DNA of 63,596 bases, filler included, from Candidatus Aminicenantales bacterium (GCA_049515535.1; 4 parts of 4 records of this genome joined end to end with filler, not necessarily neighbours in it); one strand, 5' to 3'; numbered from the whole stretch's first letter, positions 51,385 through 60,613 are shown. The notes: generated by a model from the sequence alone, not told the origin. Program-made: numbers and translations.

Positions 51385-51520
51385 ACATCCCTGGGCAAGT
51401 CGTCGAGGGTGAAAAAAAGGCGCCGGCGGCTGATGATCGATTTCTGGATATAGTTTCGGGAGACCCAGGGCAAGGAGGAGAGGGAGAAGGGGAAAGGGTA
51501 AAGGGAAAGCGGGAGGAGGG
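51385..51520 (+). repeat. Cluster 12 of tandem repeat family
   Basis: Anchors at 51394 and 51469, followed by a long polypurine tract. Confidence 0.88.
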
Positions 51521-51667
51521 AGTTGAACCGGATGGCGATGTTTGAAGCCTTGCCAAAAGGGCTTAGGTAAAATATTATAAGACTCGGAACCTGTAACCTA
51601 AGAAGTCAGCGCGCGAGCACGAAACCGCCTGAGGATAAATAACCAACTCATAACGGAGGAATATTTT

Positions 51668-51938
51668 ATGAAGATTATTGTTTTTAACGGGAGTCCGCGA
51701 AAAGCTTGGAATACCGCCACGCTCTTAAATAAGGCACTGGAAGGCGCAGCTTCGCAAGGAGCGGAAACGGAACTCATCCAACTTTATGATCTCAATTATA
51801 AAGGTTGTAAGAGTTGCTTTGATTGCAAAATGAAGAATGGCAAAAGTTATGGCAAGTGCGCCGAAAACGATGACTTAACACCCATTCTGGGCAGAATTGA
51901 AGAAGTGGGCGGCATAATCCTAGGTTCACCCATCTACC
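51668..51938 (+). pseudogene. Flavodoxin/iron-sulfur flavoprotein gene interrupted by an IS
   Basis: NGSPRK..NT, KGCKSCFDCK...C, ILGSPIY; homology ends at the CTAG at 51938. Confidence 0.8.
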
Positions 51939-52041
51939 TAGTGTATTGTCTCATAAATAAGTTGCATATATAGTCGATCTGCTGTATCATGGGCATAATG
52001 GAGGTGCCCATGAAAACAGGCCGGCCCAAAAAAATGAACAT
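51939..52041 (+). mobile_element. IS630-family element, left end and transposase start (cut by contig end)
   Basis: Starts at a CTAG/TA target; GGAGG RBS, then ATG at 52010 encoding MKTGRPKKMNIALTKEE. Confidence 0.7.
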
Positions 52042-52161
52042 CGCTCTGACGAAGGAGGAGCNNNNNNNNNNNNNNNNNNNNNNNNNNNNNNNNNNNNNNN
52101 NNNNNTTAATTAATTAANNNNNNNNNNNNNNNNNNNNNNNNNNNNNNNNNNNNNNNNNNNN

Positions 52162-52231
52162 CGACAAGGACCTGATCAGCTACAACGGCATGTTCATCCG
52201 CGGTCCCAGAGCCGGCATCTCCGGTTCTTAA
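52162..52231 (+). CDS. 3' end of a second pilin gene copy
   Basis: 52162-52288 is identical to 54341-54467. Confidence 0.8.
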
Positions 52232-52260
52232 GACCTAGCTCAAATCTGATCCCCAGCCAA

Positions 52261-52299
52261 GGGCGATCCGAGACGGCTCGGATCGCCCTTTTTCTTTTA
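52261..52299 (+). terminator. Rho-independent terminator
   Basis: GGGCGATCCGAG-ACGG-CTCGGATCGCCC followed by a T tract. Confidence 0.85.
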
Positions 52300-52536
52300 T
52301 TCTCACGATCCTCCGGGTCGATCGAGAATCCCGGAAACGTTTTCCCCTGATCTCTCTTCCGGAAAATCTTCACGGTGGAGCTTTATTCTTTATGTAACAA
52401 CGGATTCCATCGTTGCATCGGGGGGACCAAAATGAGCCACGGAACCCGCGTTCCCTTATCTTAAGCGATCCTGCTGTGATATAATCATTCTATAAAGCGG
52501 CCGCTTTCATCGCCGATGATAAGGAAGGAGCAGCTG

Positions 52537-53064
52537 ATGAATAAAGATCGCCAGGGCTTCACCCTTCTTGAAATGGTCATCGTCGTCACGATCATCGCCC
52601 TTCTTTTATGGACCGTAGCGCCGCGCTATTTTGAAAGCGTCCAAGAAGCAAAACAGACGATGACGATGAAGGATATCAGTGTTCTGGCCGATGCGTGTTA
52701 CAAATACATCCTGGACAACGATGAAGCTCCTCCGCAGGCGGGCCCTCTCACCCCGAACAGCCCCTTCGTCAAAGCGATCGCCGCGAAATATCTCACGGAA
52801 TGCCCCCTGACGGATAAATGGAAAAATCCCCTGGTGATCTATACGGGCCTGGCGGCTGCCGGTCAGCTTGGGATTTCTTCCGATAAAGCCAGGAAAGAGG
52901 ATTTTTTGATCATTTCTTATGGGCACGACAATAAACCGGACGAAGGATTCCAGTACAACCCGGAAAACCCGGACGCCGGGAAGTATAAAGTCGCCAATAA
53001 AGACGATTTCAATAATGATATCATCAATTTCAACCGCCTGTGGATTCGCGCTCCGTTGAAATGA
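52537..53064 (+). CDS. Type IV pilin/GspG-like protein
   Basis: QG|FTLLEMVIVV prepilin motif; DKW.NP and IISYG.D. Confidence 0.85.
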   Translation: MNKDRQGFTLLEMVIVVTIIALLLWTVAPRYFESVQEAKQTMTMKDISVLADACYKYILDNDEAPPQAGPLTPNSPFVKAIAAKYLTECPLTDKWKNPLVIYTGLAAAGQLGISSDKARKEDFLIISYGHDNKPDEGFQYNPENPDAGKYKVANKDDFNNDIINFNRLWIRAPLK

Positions 53065-53067
53065 TCA

Positions 53068-53517
53068 TCAACGGGGAACGATTTTCAAGCAGACATAAAT
53101 TTCGTAAACCATGAGAGCGAAATAAACCCAGAGTACGAGATAGATCGCGGACCGGATTTTAATGACTTTAAAAATTCTGAAATTCTTGTGAATCAGTAAA
53201 AATAACAGGCATGTCAGGCTGATTGCCATTTTCACGATGGGCGCGAGATAGGGCCCCTTCTCCATCAGAAAGCGCATCAAGGCATTGAACTCGGATCCGC
53301 CGAACTTGATGATCCGATTGGTCAGGAAGATGTCGAGAAAGCAACAGAATATGATCACGGCACAGAGGAGAAGATCCTGTTTTTCAAATTTGTCGACGTA
53401 GTAGTCGAAGGCTTCTTCGGCGCGTCTGGCCTTTTTTCTTCGGCCGAAAAACGTGAAACGGCTGAGGGGTTTTGTCGGCGCCCGCCGACGATCCCGGCTT
53501 GATCGCAGATCTTCCAT
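53068..53517 (-). CDS. DUF5658-like membrane protein
   Basis: DRR..PT...GRR...RR...YYVD, LD..LT...GGSEFN.LM. Confidence 0.7.
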   Translation of the reverse strand: MEDLRSSRDRRRAPTKPLSRFTFFGRRKKARRAEEAFDYYVDKFEKQDLLLCAVIIFCCFLDIFLTNRIIKFGGSEFNALMRFLMEKGPYLAPIVKMAISLTCLLFLLIHKNFRIFKVIKIRSAIYLVLWVYFALMVYEIYVCLKIVPR

Positions 53518-53679
53518 TAGGACTCGGGGGATAGACGCTGATTGACATTTCTCGAGGGCATTGAAATCTTTTTGAGTCTGTTCGATTCGCCGTCCATGAC
53601 CGAAATATATATGCCCTCTAAGGGGAGGTGTCAAGACTTTAAAGGCCTCTTCAGCATGAGCATCCCCTCACCTCAAAGA

Positions 53680-53806
53680 TGACAATAATTGTCACATGGT
53701 GACATAATATGTTAACATTTATTGTCATGGTTTTATCTAAAAAATTTAGTATAATGTTTAATATCAATTAGTTATATGTCTTGTTTAACTTGGCATGATG
53801 ATTGCA
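53680..53806 (+). promoter_or_regulatory. Sigma54 promoter with IHF site and three palindromic UAS
   Basis: TGACA-N5-TGTCA-type sites at 53680, 53700, 53713; IHF TATCAA-N4-TTA at 53762-53774; TGGCAT-N5-TTGCA at 53791-53806. Confidence 0.85.
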
Positions 53807-53882
53807 TATATATAGAGTGTAATGCAATTTCAAAAGCTCCTTGTTGGAAGATAAAGCGACAACAAGGGGAGGAGGTTTTAAA

Positions 53883-54410
53883 ATGCTTAAAAGACAAAAG
53901 GGTTTCACGTTGATCGAACTACTCATCGTGGTCGCGATCATCGGAATCCTGGCCGCCCTGCTCATCCCCAACGCCGCCAACGCCCTGCAGAAAGCCAAGG
54001 TGAGAGGCACCCAGAAGGATCTCAGCACCATCGCCACGTGGATCCAGGATTACATCACGGACAAGGCCACCCCGTTCGTCAACAACGGCGCCGTTTCGAC
54101 GGCCATGAACACGGCCCTGGTCCCGATGTACACCAAGGTTCTCCCCACCAAAGATCAGTGGGGCACCGGGTTCATGATCTACACGGGCACCAACGTCAAC
54201 AGCAACTACGGGATTTCGGGAGGCGCGGTGGACGATTTCCTCGTCGCTTCCTACGGACGCGGCGGCGCGCTCGAGAGCTGGACGTACAATACGGCCACTC
54301 CTGAGGCCGGCCTGTACTCCATCTCCACTTCGGCCGACTTCGACAAGGACCTGATCAGCTACAACGGCATGTTCATCCGCGGTCCCAGAGCCGGCATCTC
54401 CGGTTCTTAA
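53883..54410 (+). CDS. Major type IV pilin (GspG-like head)
   Basis: QKG|FTLIELLIVVAIIGILAALLIP; strong codon bias; GGAGG RBS; sigma54 promoter and terminator. Confidence 0.9.
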   Translation: MLKRQKGFTLIELLIVVAIIGILAALLIPNAANALQKAKVRGTQKDLSTIATWIQDYITDKATPFVNNGAVSTAMNTALVPMYTKVLPTKDQWGTGFMIYTGTNVNSNYGISGGAVDDFLVASYGRGGALESWTYNTATPEAGLYSISTSADFDKDLISYNGMFIRGPRAGISGS

Positions 54411-54439
54411 GACCTAGCTCAAATCTGATCCCCAGCCAA

Positions 54440-54476
54440 GGGCGATCCGAGACGGCTCGGATCGCCCCTTTTTTTT
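54440..54476 (+). terminator. Rho-independent terminator
   Basis: Same hairpin as 52261 followed by a T tract. Confidence 0.85.
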
Positions 54477-54619
54477 GGTCCGACAAAGAGCGGCCCATTC
54501 CCCCCGTTATCGAAACGCCCGAAAATCTCAATCTTCCGGCGAGGCTTGGGACCTTACGGCACTTTCGGGATCGGATCGGTTCGTGCCGGTCCTCGTGTTT
54601 TATAGTATAATTTCCGTCC

Positions 54620-55336
54620 ATGAAGGTCCGGACGCTTTTTCTCTTTTCCCTGTACATCGTCCTGGTCGTTTGTCTTGTCCCGTTTTTATTGTTCTGCATG
54701 CTGTTCGGAATCCGCGAGCCCCTGTACGCTATCGGCAAATGGGCGATGCGCCTGTCGCGAAGAATTCTCGGGCTCGAGCTGGAAGTCAAGGGGTTAGAGG
54801 CCGTGGATCGAAAGATGTCGTATGTCTTCATGGCCAACCATCTCAGCTTTATCGACGGGCCGCTGCTTTTCACCCTCATTCCGCAGAACGTCCGGGTCAT
54901 CCTGAAGAAAGTGATCTTTCGCCTTCCCGTGCTCGGACTCGGCATGAAACATGTCGGGTTCGTGCCCGTCGACAGGAAAGGAACCAGCGGCGGACAGGCA
55001 AGCATCAGCCGCGCGGTCCGACAGATCAAAGAGCGCGGGTATTCTTTTTTGATTTTTCCGGAAGGCACACGGAGCCTGGACGGGACCATGGGCCGATTCA
55101 GGCGCGGGGGATTTTACCTAGCCTTGGAAAGCGGATCTCCGATCTTGCCTATCGTCATCCAGGGCACGTTCGAGACGATGCCGAAAGGCGAGTTTTTCGT
55201 GAAAAAGGGGCGCGTCCGCGTCATTTTCCAACGGCCTATCCCGGTCCAGGGTTATGATTTCGATCATTTGCCCGATCTGATGGACAGGGTCCGCCTGGCC
55301 ATCGCGGCCTCCGCGGTCCTCTTGGAGGAGAAATGA
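54620..55336 (+). CDS. plsC: 1-acyl-sn-glycerol-3-phosphate acyltransferase
   Basis: NHLSFID (HX4D) and IFPEGTRS motifs. Confidence 0.88.
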   Translation: MKVRTLFLFSLYIVLVVCLVPFLLFCMLFGIREPLYAIGKWAMRLSRRILGLELEVKGLEAVDRKMSYVFMANHLSFIDGPLLFTLIPQNVRVILKKVIFRLPVLGLGMKHVGFVPVDRKGTSGGQASISRAVRQIKERGYSFLIFPEGTRSLDGTMGRFRRGGFYLALESGSPILPIVIQGTFETMPKGEFFVKKGRVRVIFQRPIPVQGYDFDHLPDLMDRVRLAIAASAVLLEEK

Positions 55337-55896
55337 TGTATGGACCTATCGTCGATGAATGTCACCGTCTTTTGGAGCGGGCCTTGGCGGAGCGCGGCGA
55401 CGTTTTGAATGAAGCGGTTGCAAGCTGCGTGACGAGCCTGAAGGCCGGCCGCAAGATCCTGGCCTTCGGCAACGGAGGGAGCGCGGCCGAGGCCCAGCAT
55501 TTCACGGCCGAGCTGGTGAATAGATTCAAAAAGGCGCGGCCCGCGCTCCGGGCCGTTTCCCTCGCGACCGACATTTCGGTCTTGACGTCGATTGGCAACG
55601 ACGCGTCGTTCGACTCCATTTTCAGCCGGCAGATCGAGGCTCTGGGCGACGCGGGGGATGTCGTCCTCGCCTTGTCGACGAGCGGCCGGTCACCCAACGT
55701 CTTGAAGGGACTGATGGCCGCGCGGGAGAAAAAGATAGTGACGATCGGCTTGACCGGGAAAGGCGGAGGGAAAATGGCGGCCCTCTGCGATCATCTCCTC
55801 GACGTCCCGTCCTCCGATACGCCGCGCGTCCAGGAAGTCCACCTCGTGTTTCTCCATATTATCGCCGGGGAGATCGAGACGCGGATTTTTCTTTAA
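55333..55896 (+). CDS. gmhA: D-sedoheptulose-7-phosphate isomerase
   Basis: GNGGSAAEAQH, LSTSG.SPN and RVQEVH motifs. Confidence 0.92.
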   Translation: MMYGPIVDECHRLLERALAERGDVLNEAVASCVTSLKAGRKILAFGNGGSAAEAQHFTAELVNRFKKARPALRAVSLATDISVLTSIGNDASFDSIFSRQIEALGDAGDVVLALSTSGRSPNVLKGLMAAREKKIVTIGLTGKGGGKMAALCDHLLDVPSSDTPRVQEVHLVFLHIIAGEIETRIFL

Positions 55897-55900
55897 CCCT

Positions 55901-58240
55901 TTACCTTGGACCCACGATCTCTTTGATCTTTTCCACTCCCGCCACGCCGCTGTTAAAAAGATAGAAGGCCGCGCTCCCGAGGAGCCGCTGATAAAAGGTT
56001 TTTTGCAGAGACAGACGCTCCTCGGTCGTCAGGAGAAGATGCGGGTTGAAGAACGGATGGGGCTTGCCCGCGTTGACGCTTTTCAAGAAACCCGGGCTCT
56101 CCCCGGATTCGAGGATCCGGAGGGCTTCATCGGGGCCGAGCTCGACGGCGCCGGGCGAGATCGCGTCGTTGCGAAGAATAAAGACCCAGCGCACGGTCGT
56201 TCGTCGGGCGCAGCCGGCCGGGCCTCCGATCCAGTTCGGATCGAGCATGGCCTGGCCTTCTTTGGCCGCCTTGTAGCAGAACGGGGAGCCGCGGTCGAGC
56301 CGGCAATCTTCTCCCCGGAGACATTCGGCGTTCGCGCAATCCTCTTTGCGGGTCACGATATTTTCGCACTTGCTGCCGTCGAAAAGAGCGGCGAGCCGCG
56401 GAAAAAGCTCCGCGGCGTTCGTCGGCATATAGACTTTCCGTTCGACGTTGTCGGCGAGAGCCGCTTTTCCGGAGGTGCGGACGAAGACGGTGTCGCTCGA
56501 ATGAAAACGGAATATCGGGTCGCGGAGGAGGCCGAAAAAGAGCTCGGTCTTGTTCGTCCCGGGGGGACCGATGAGGACGATCCCGTTCCCTCCCGCATCC
56601 ACGGACATGCCGCGGACGGGATGGACGCCGAACAGACGCTCGGACACGTCGGCCACGAGCCCGATGGCCAGGCTCCTCAAAGGACCGTAATTATCGCAGT
56701 TGACGATGACGCCGGTTTTTGTGTCGGAGTTGTAGAACGCGCGGGGCTCGCGGCCCGGGATGCCGTCGACGGCATAGATGATCCCGTGCGGCTCGAGGTC
56801 GGAATCGAGCTGGGCGGGAAACCAGTTCTCCATCCAGAAATCATTGAGATGGGAGACGTTCGTCCGGAGCTGAACGATCACGCCGTTGATGTTGGCGTTC
56901 CACTCGAAATAGTTCTCGGGGGTCAAGTGGCCCTGGACCTCGGCCACCAGGCCGTCGCGGACCTTGTCCGTGATCAAGGCATCCGTGGGGATGGATTTTT
57001 TGACGCGCGTGACGGCGTTGGAGAGGGCCACGCGTTTGGCTTTCTTCGCCGGTTTGAGCTGGGCGAGCGCCGCGGCGATCCGCTCCATCCCTTTTTCCAG
57101 ATTTTCCATGGATGTCGCGTATGAGAGCCGGATGTAATCGTCGGCGCCGAACGAATCGCCGGGCACGATAGCCACCCGGGCTTCCTTGAGCAGATAATAG
57201 GCCAAGCCGTAGGAATTGCGGATCGGTGCGCCGTTGAACTCCTTGTCGTAGTAGGCCTTCACGTTGGGGAAGAGGTAGAAGGCGCCCTGCGGTTTGAAGC
57301 ACGATACGTGCGGCATCGCCTGGACCTTCATCAGGCAGTAGTTCCGGCGGCGCTGGAATTCGGCGACCATTTTGGCCAGGTCGAACTGGGGGCCGGCAAG
57401 AGCTTCGAGGCTGGCTTTCTGCGAAATCGAGACCGGGTTCGACGTCGTGTGGCTCTGGATCTTGGACATTCCGTTGATCACGTCGGCCGGACCGGCGGTG
57501 TAGCCGATCCGCCACCCGGTCATGGAATACGACTTGGATACGCCGTTGATGACGATCGTCTTTTTCTTGATGTCCTCGCCCAGCGAGGCGAAGCTCGTGA
57601 ACTTGAAGCCGTCGTAGACGAGCTTCTCGTAGATCTCGTCGGCAATGACATAGATGTCTTCCTTGCGGACGATATCGGCCAGGGTTTCAAGCTGGGCTTT
57701 CGTGTATACCCCCCCCGTCGGATTGGACGGCGAATTGAGAATGACGGCCTTCGTCGCGGGCGTGATATGGGCCTTGAGCTCGTCGGCGGTCAGCACGAAG
57801 CCGTCCTCTTCCTTGGTCGGGACGATGACGGATTTTCCTTTGGCCAGTTGGACGAGATGCGGATACGTCACCCAGAACGGCGCGGGAATGATGACCTCAT
57901 CGTTGTCGTTGACGATGGCCTGAATGGCGTGGAAGAGCGAGCTCTTTGCCCCCGTGGATACGATGATCTCGTTCGGGGCGTAGGTCAGGCCGTGATCCTC
58001 CTTGATTCTGGCGATGATGGCCTTTTTGAGGGCCGGCGTGCCTTCGTTTTCGGTGTACTTGGTGAAGTTTTCCTGAATGGCTTTGATGCCGGCGGCCTTG
58101 ACGTTCTCGGGCGTGAAAAAATCCGGCTCGCCGATGCTGAGGTCGACGACATCGATCCCCTCGGCCCGCATGGCTTTGGCCTTGGCCGCGATCTTGAGCG
58201 TCGGCGAGGCGCCGATTTGGTTGGCTTTTTCTGAGATCAT
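55901..58240 (-). CDS. Class I/II (aspartate) aminotransferase fused to a PEPCK/HprK-like P-loop domain
   Basis: N-terminal ~400 aa: GEPDF, NSPSNPTG, DEIY, SKSYSMTGWRIG; C-terminal ~380 aa: GIVLIGPPGTNKT and a Cys cluster. Confidence 0.85.
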   Translation of the reverse strand: MISEKANQIGASPTLKIAAKAKAMRAEGIDVVDLSIGEPDFFTPENVKAAGIKAIQENFTKYTENEGTPALKKAIIARIKEDHGLTYAPNEIIVSTGAKSSLFHAIQAIVNDNDEVIIPAPFWVTYPHLVQLAKGKSVIVPTKEEDGFVLTADELKAHITPATKAVILNSPSNPTGGVYTKAQLETLADIVRKEDIYVIADEIYEKLVYDGFKFTSFASLGEDIKKKTIVINGVSKSYSMTGWRIGYTAGPADVINGMSKIQSHTTSNPVSISQKASLEALAGPQFDLAKMVAEFQRRRNYCLMKVQAMPHVSCFKPQGAFYLFPNVKAYYDKEFNGAPIRNSYGLAYYLLKEARVAIVPGDSFGADDYIRLSYATSMENLEKGMERIAAALAQLKPAKKAKRVALSNAVTRVKKSIPTDALITDKVRDGLVAEVQGHLTPENYFEWNANINGVIVQLRTNVSHLNDFWMENWFPAQLDSDLEPHGIIYAVDGIPGREPRAFYNSDTKTGVIVNCDNYGPLRSLAIGLVADVSERLFGVHPVRGMSVDAGGNGIVLIGPPGTNKTELFFGLLRDPIFRFHSSDTVFVRTSGKAALADNVERKVYMPTNAAELFPRLAALFDGSKCENIVTRKEDCANAECLRGEDCRLDRGSPFCYKAAKEGQAMLDPNWIGGPAGCARRTTVRWVFILRNDAISPGAVELGPDEALRILESGESPGFLKSVNAGKPHPFFNPHLLLTTEERLSLQKTFYQRLLGSAAFYLFNSGVAGVEKIKEIVGPR

Positions 58241-58268
58241 GATGGCCCCTTCTTCCCGCAGCCGCGCG

Positions 58269-59675
58269 TTATTTTCCGGTTTTGTCTTCGGGGGAAAGCT
58301 TGTCCTTGAGGAATTTCCTCAGGTCCGCGCCGGTGAGCGATTTCACGACTTCGGGCATCTGGGCCAGGATTTCGGCGACTTGGGCCGTGATCCTCGTCGT
58401 GCCGAGGCTCTTGTCACCGCCGACGACAATGATCTTGTCGACCTTGGAGAGCGGCTCCGATATGGCCTTGGCCACGTCGGGAAGAACCTTCAGGTACATT
58501 TCCAGCACGGCGGCATCGTTGTATTTTTCCCAGGCGTGGGCCTTTTTGAGCATGGCTTCGGCCTCGGCGCCGCCTTTTCCCTTGATGTTTTCCGCTTCGG
58601 CCTGGCCTTCGAGTTTCAGGGCCGTGGCTTTTCCTCGGGCTTCGGCCTGGATGCGGTATTCCTCGGCTTCGGCTTCGGCCTTGATCTGGTATTTCCGGGC
58701 GTCCGAAGGCTTCAGGACGTTGGCGTCGAGCTCTTTTTCCCGGCGCTGGATCTCGAGGTCCTCGATCTTGATGGCCTGCTCTTTTTCCACGATCCGGACC
58801 TTGGCTTCTTCCTTTTTCAACTCCTGGCCGAGCTTGTGGCGCTCGAGCTCATAGGAAAAGTCCGCCTGAGCCTTCTTCGTGTTGACAAAAACCTGGGACT
58901 CGGCCTTCTTCGCTTCGTTATCCCATTCGGCTTTGGCGATCTGCGCTTCGGCCTGGAGGCGGGCCACTTCCCCTTCTTTGCGCGCCTGGGATGATCGGAT
59001 GATGGCGTCTTTCTGGCTTTCGGCCTCGGCGATGGTCGCCTCGCGCTTGGCCGCGGAAATCAACGGCTTGCTCAGGGCTTCGATATATCCCTGGGGGTCG
59101 CTGAATTCCTTGAGGGAAAAGGACAGGAGGCTCAATCCCATTTTCGAAAAATCTTCGAGCGCCGCGGCCGCGACCTTCTTGTCGAATTCCCCGCGGCCCC
59201 GGTATATGTCCTCGACCGTCATCGTGCCGATGATTTCGCGCATTTTGCCTTCGAGCACGTTCATCGCCACGTCGCGGATGCCGTCCTTGCCGATTCCGAG
59301 GAACTGCTCGGCGGCGATGCGGATCGCCGTGTCCGAGGAATCCACTTTGACCTGGGCCGTGGCGTCGGCCAAGATGGGAACGCCGCCGTGGGTCAGGACA
59401 TCGGAGGTCTTGATCGAGATCGAGATGACCTCCATGGGCAGGACGTCCACCGTTTCCAGAAAGGGCATGACGAACATTCCGCCGCCCAGCCGGTAGCGGT
59501 AGCCGACCTTGTGCTTCGTCCCGTCGCTGGCCGTGATGGTCCTTTTGCGGCCGGAAATGATCAGGGCTTCATTGGGACCGACCTTCTTGTACTGTTTGGC
59601 GATGATGATAAAGACGATGACAAGAACGACGATGATGACACCGACCGGAATCAGCCACGAAAAAAGCGAACTCAT
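58269..59675 (-). CDS. Flotillin/SPFH domain protein
   Basis: N-terminal [33 protein letters not shown] and an AE-rich coiled coil. Confidence 0.92.
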   Translation of the reverse strand: MSSLFSWLIPVGVIIVVLVIVFIIIAKQYKKVGPNEALIISGRKRTITASDGTKHKVGYRYRLGGGMFVMPFLETVDVLPMEVISISIKTSDVLTHGGVPILADATAQVKVDSSDTAIRIAAEQFLGIGKDGIRDVAMNVLEGKMREIIGTMTVEDIYRGRGEFDKKVAAAALEDFSKMGLSLLSFSLKEFSDPQGYIEALSKPLISAAKREATIAEAESQKDAIIRSSQARKEGEVARLQAEAQIAKAEWDNEAKKAESQVFVNTKKAQADFSYELERHKLGQELKKEEAKVRIVEKEQAIKIEDLEIQRREKELDANVLKPSDARKYQIKAEAEAEEYRIQAEARGKATALKLEGQAEAENIKGKGGAEAEAMLKKAHAWEKYNDAAVLEMYLKVLPDVAKAISEPLSKVDKIIVVGGDKSLGTTRITAQVAEILAQMPEVVKSLTGADLRKFLKDKLSPEDKTGK

Positions 59676-59778
59676 GGGGACCTCCTTGGATAATGGCTTC
59701 CCGAAAGGATTGCGAATCGCATAACTTATTAAAAAGAAATATATTAAAAGATATTCTCGACTAAAGTCAAGTCGGCCC

Positions 59779-59899
59779 TAGTACAGTTTCCAAGACGAGG
59801 GGTACACGATACCCTGTCCCCATCTGATGAATCCCCACGAAGCTGATCATTTCATCGCTTCCCATGGGGACAGGGAATCATGTCCCCGAAACTGGACTA
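59779..59899. repeat. Imperfect long inverted repeat (REP doublet-like)
   Basis: TAGTACAGTTTC...GGGGTACACGATACCCTGTCCCCAT paired with ATGGGGACAGGGAATCATGTCCCCGAAACTGGACTA. Confidence 0.7.
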
Positions 59900-59910
59900 C
59901 GGTCAGGGCC

Positions 59911-60597
59911 CTATTTAAAAAATTTATAACGGAACATGTGGAATATGGCGGCCACGCCGTCTTTCCAGCCGATCTTCTTGCCTTCCGTGTAGTCGCGCCC
60001 CGAATAGGAGATCGGGACCTCGAAGATCCGGCATTTGAGCTTGGCGACCTTGATCGTGACTTCGGGTTCGAACCCGAAACGGTCGGATTTCAAGCGGATT
60101 CGCGTCAACACGTCTTTTTTGAAAACCTTGTAGCAGGTTTCCATATCGGTCAGGTTCAGATTGGAGAGGATGTTGCAGAACGTGGTGAGCATCCTGTTCG
60201 CGACATAATGCCAGAAGAACAGTACCCGGTGGGGACCGCTGAGAAAGCGGGAGCCGTAGACCACGTCGGCCCGGCCGTCCAGGATGGGGGCCAGGAGCGC
60301 GGGATATTCCCGGGGGTCGTACTCGAGATCGGCGTCCTGGATGAGGACGATATCGCCCTGGGCTTTTTCGAAGCCCGTCCGGAGAGCGGCGCCCTTGCCC
60401 ATATTCTTCGGATGCAAGAAGACTTTGACCCGCGGGTCATCGAGCTTTCCAAGGATATCGCGCGTGCCGTCCCCGGAAAAATCGTCCACGACGACCAGTT
60501 CCTTTTCGAAGCCCGCATCCACCGAAAGGACGCGGGCGATGATCTCGCGGATGGTGTCTTTTTCGTTATAGACGGGCATCACGATCGAGAGTTTCAT
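59911..60597 (-). CDS. GT2 glycosyltransferase (DPM1-like)
   Basis: SIVMPVYNE, DD.S.DGT, QDADLEYDP and TDMETCYK motifs. Confidence 0.92.
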   Translation of the reverse strand: MKLSIVMPVYNEKDTIREIIARVLSVDAGFEKELVVVDDFSGDGTRDILGKLDDPRVKVFLHPKNMGKGAALRTGFEKAQGDIVLIQDADLEYDPREYPALLAPILDGRADVVYGSRFLSGPHRVLFFWHYVANRMLTTFCNILSNLNLTDMETCYKVFKKDVLTRIRLKSDRFGFEPEVTIKVAKLKCRIFEVPISYSGRDYTEGKKIGWKDGVAAIFHMFRYKFFK

Positions 60598-60613
60598 GGG
60601 GTTTCCTCAGACT

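Noticed and set aside
28783..51520. Tandem repeats as a CRISPR array
   Set aside because: Units are degenerate along their whole length, have no unique spacers, are dispersed in small clusters, and no cas genes are present.
53883..54410. Electrically conductive e-pilin
   Set aside because: Long GspG-like head; the N-terminal helix lacks the aromatic residues at positions 24 and 27 typical of Geobacter e-pilins.
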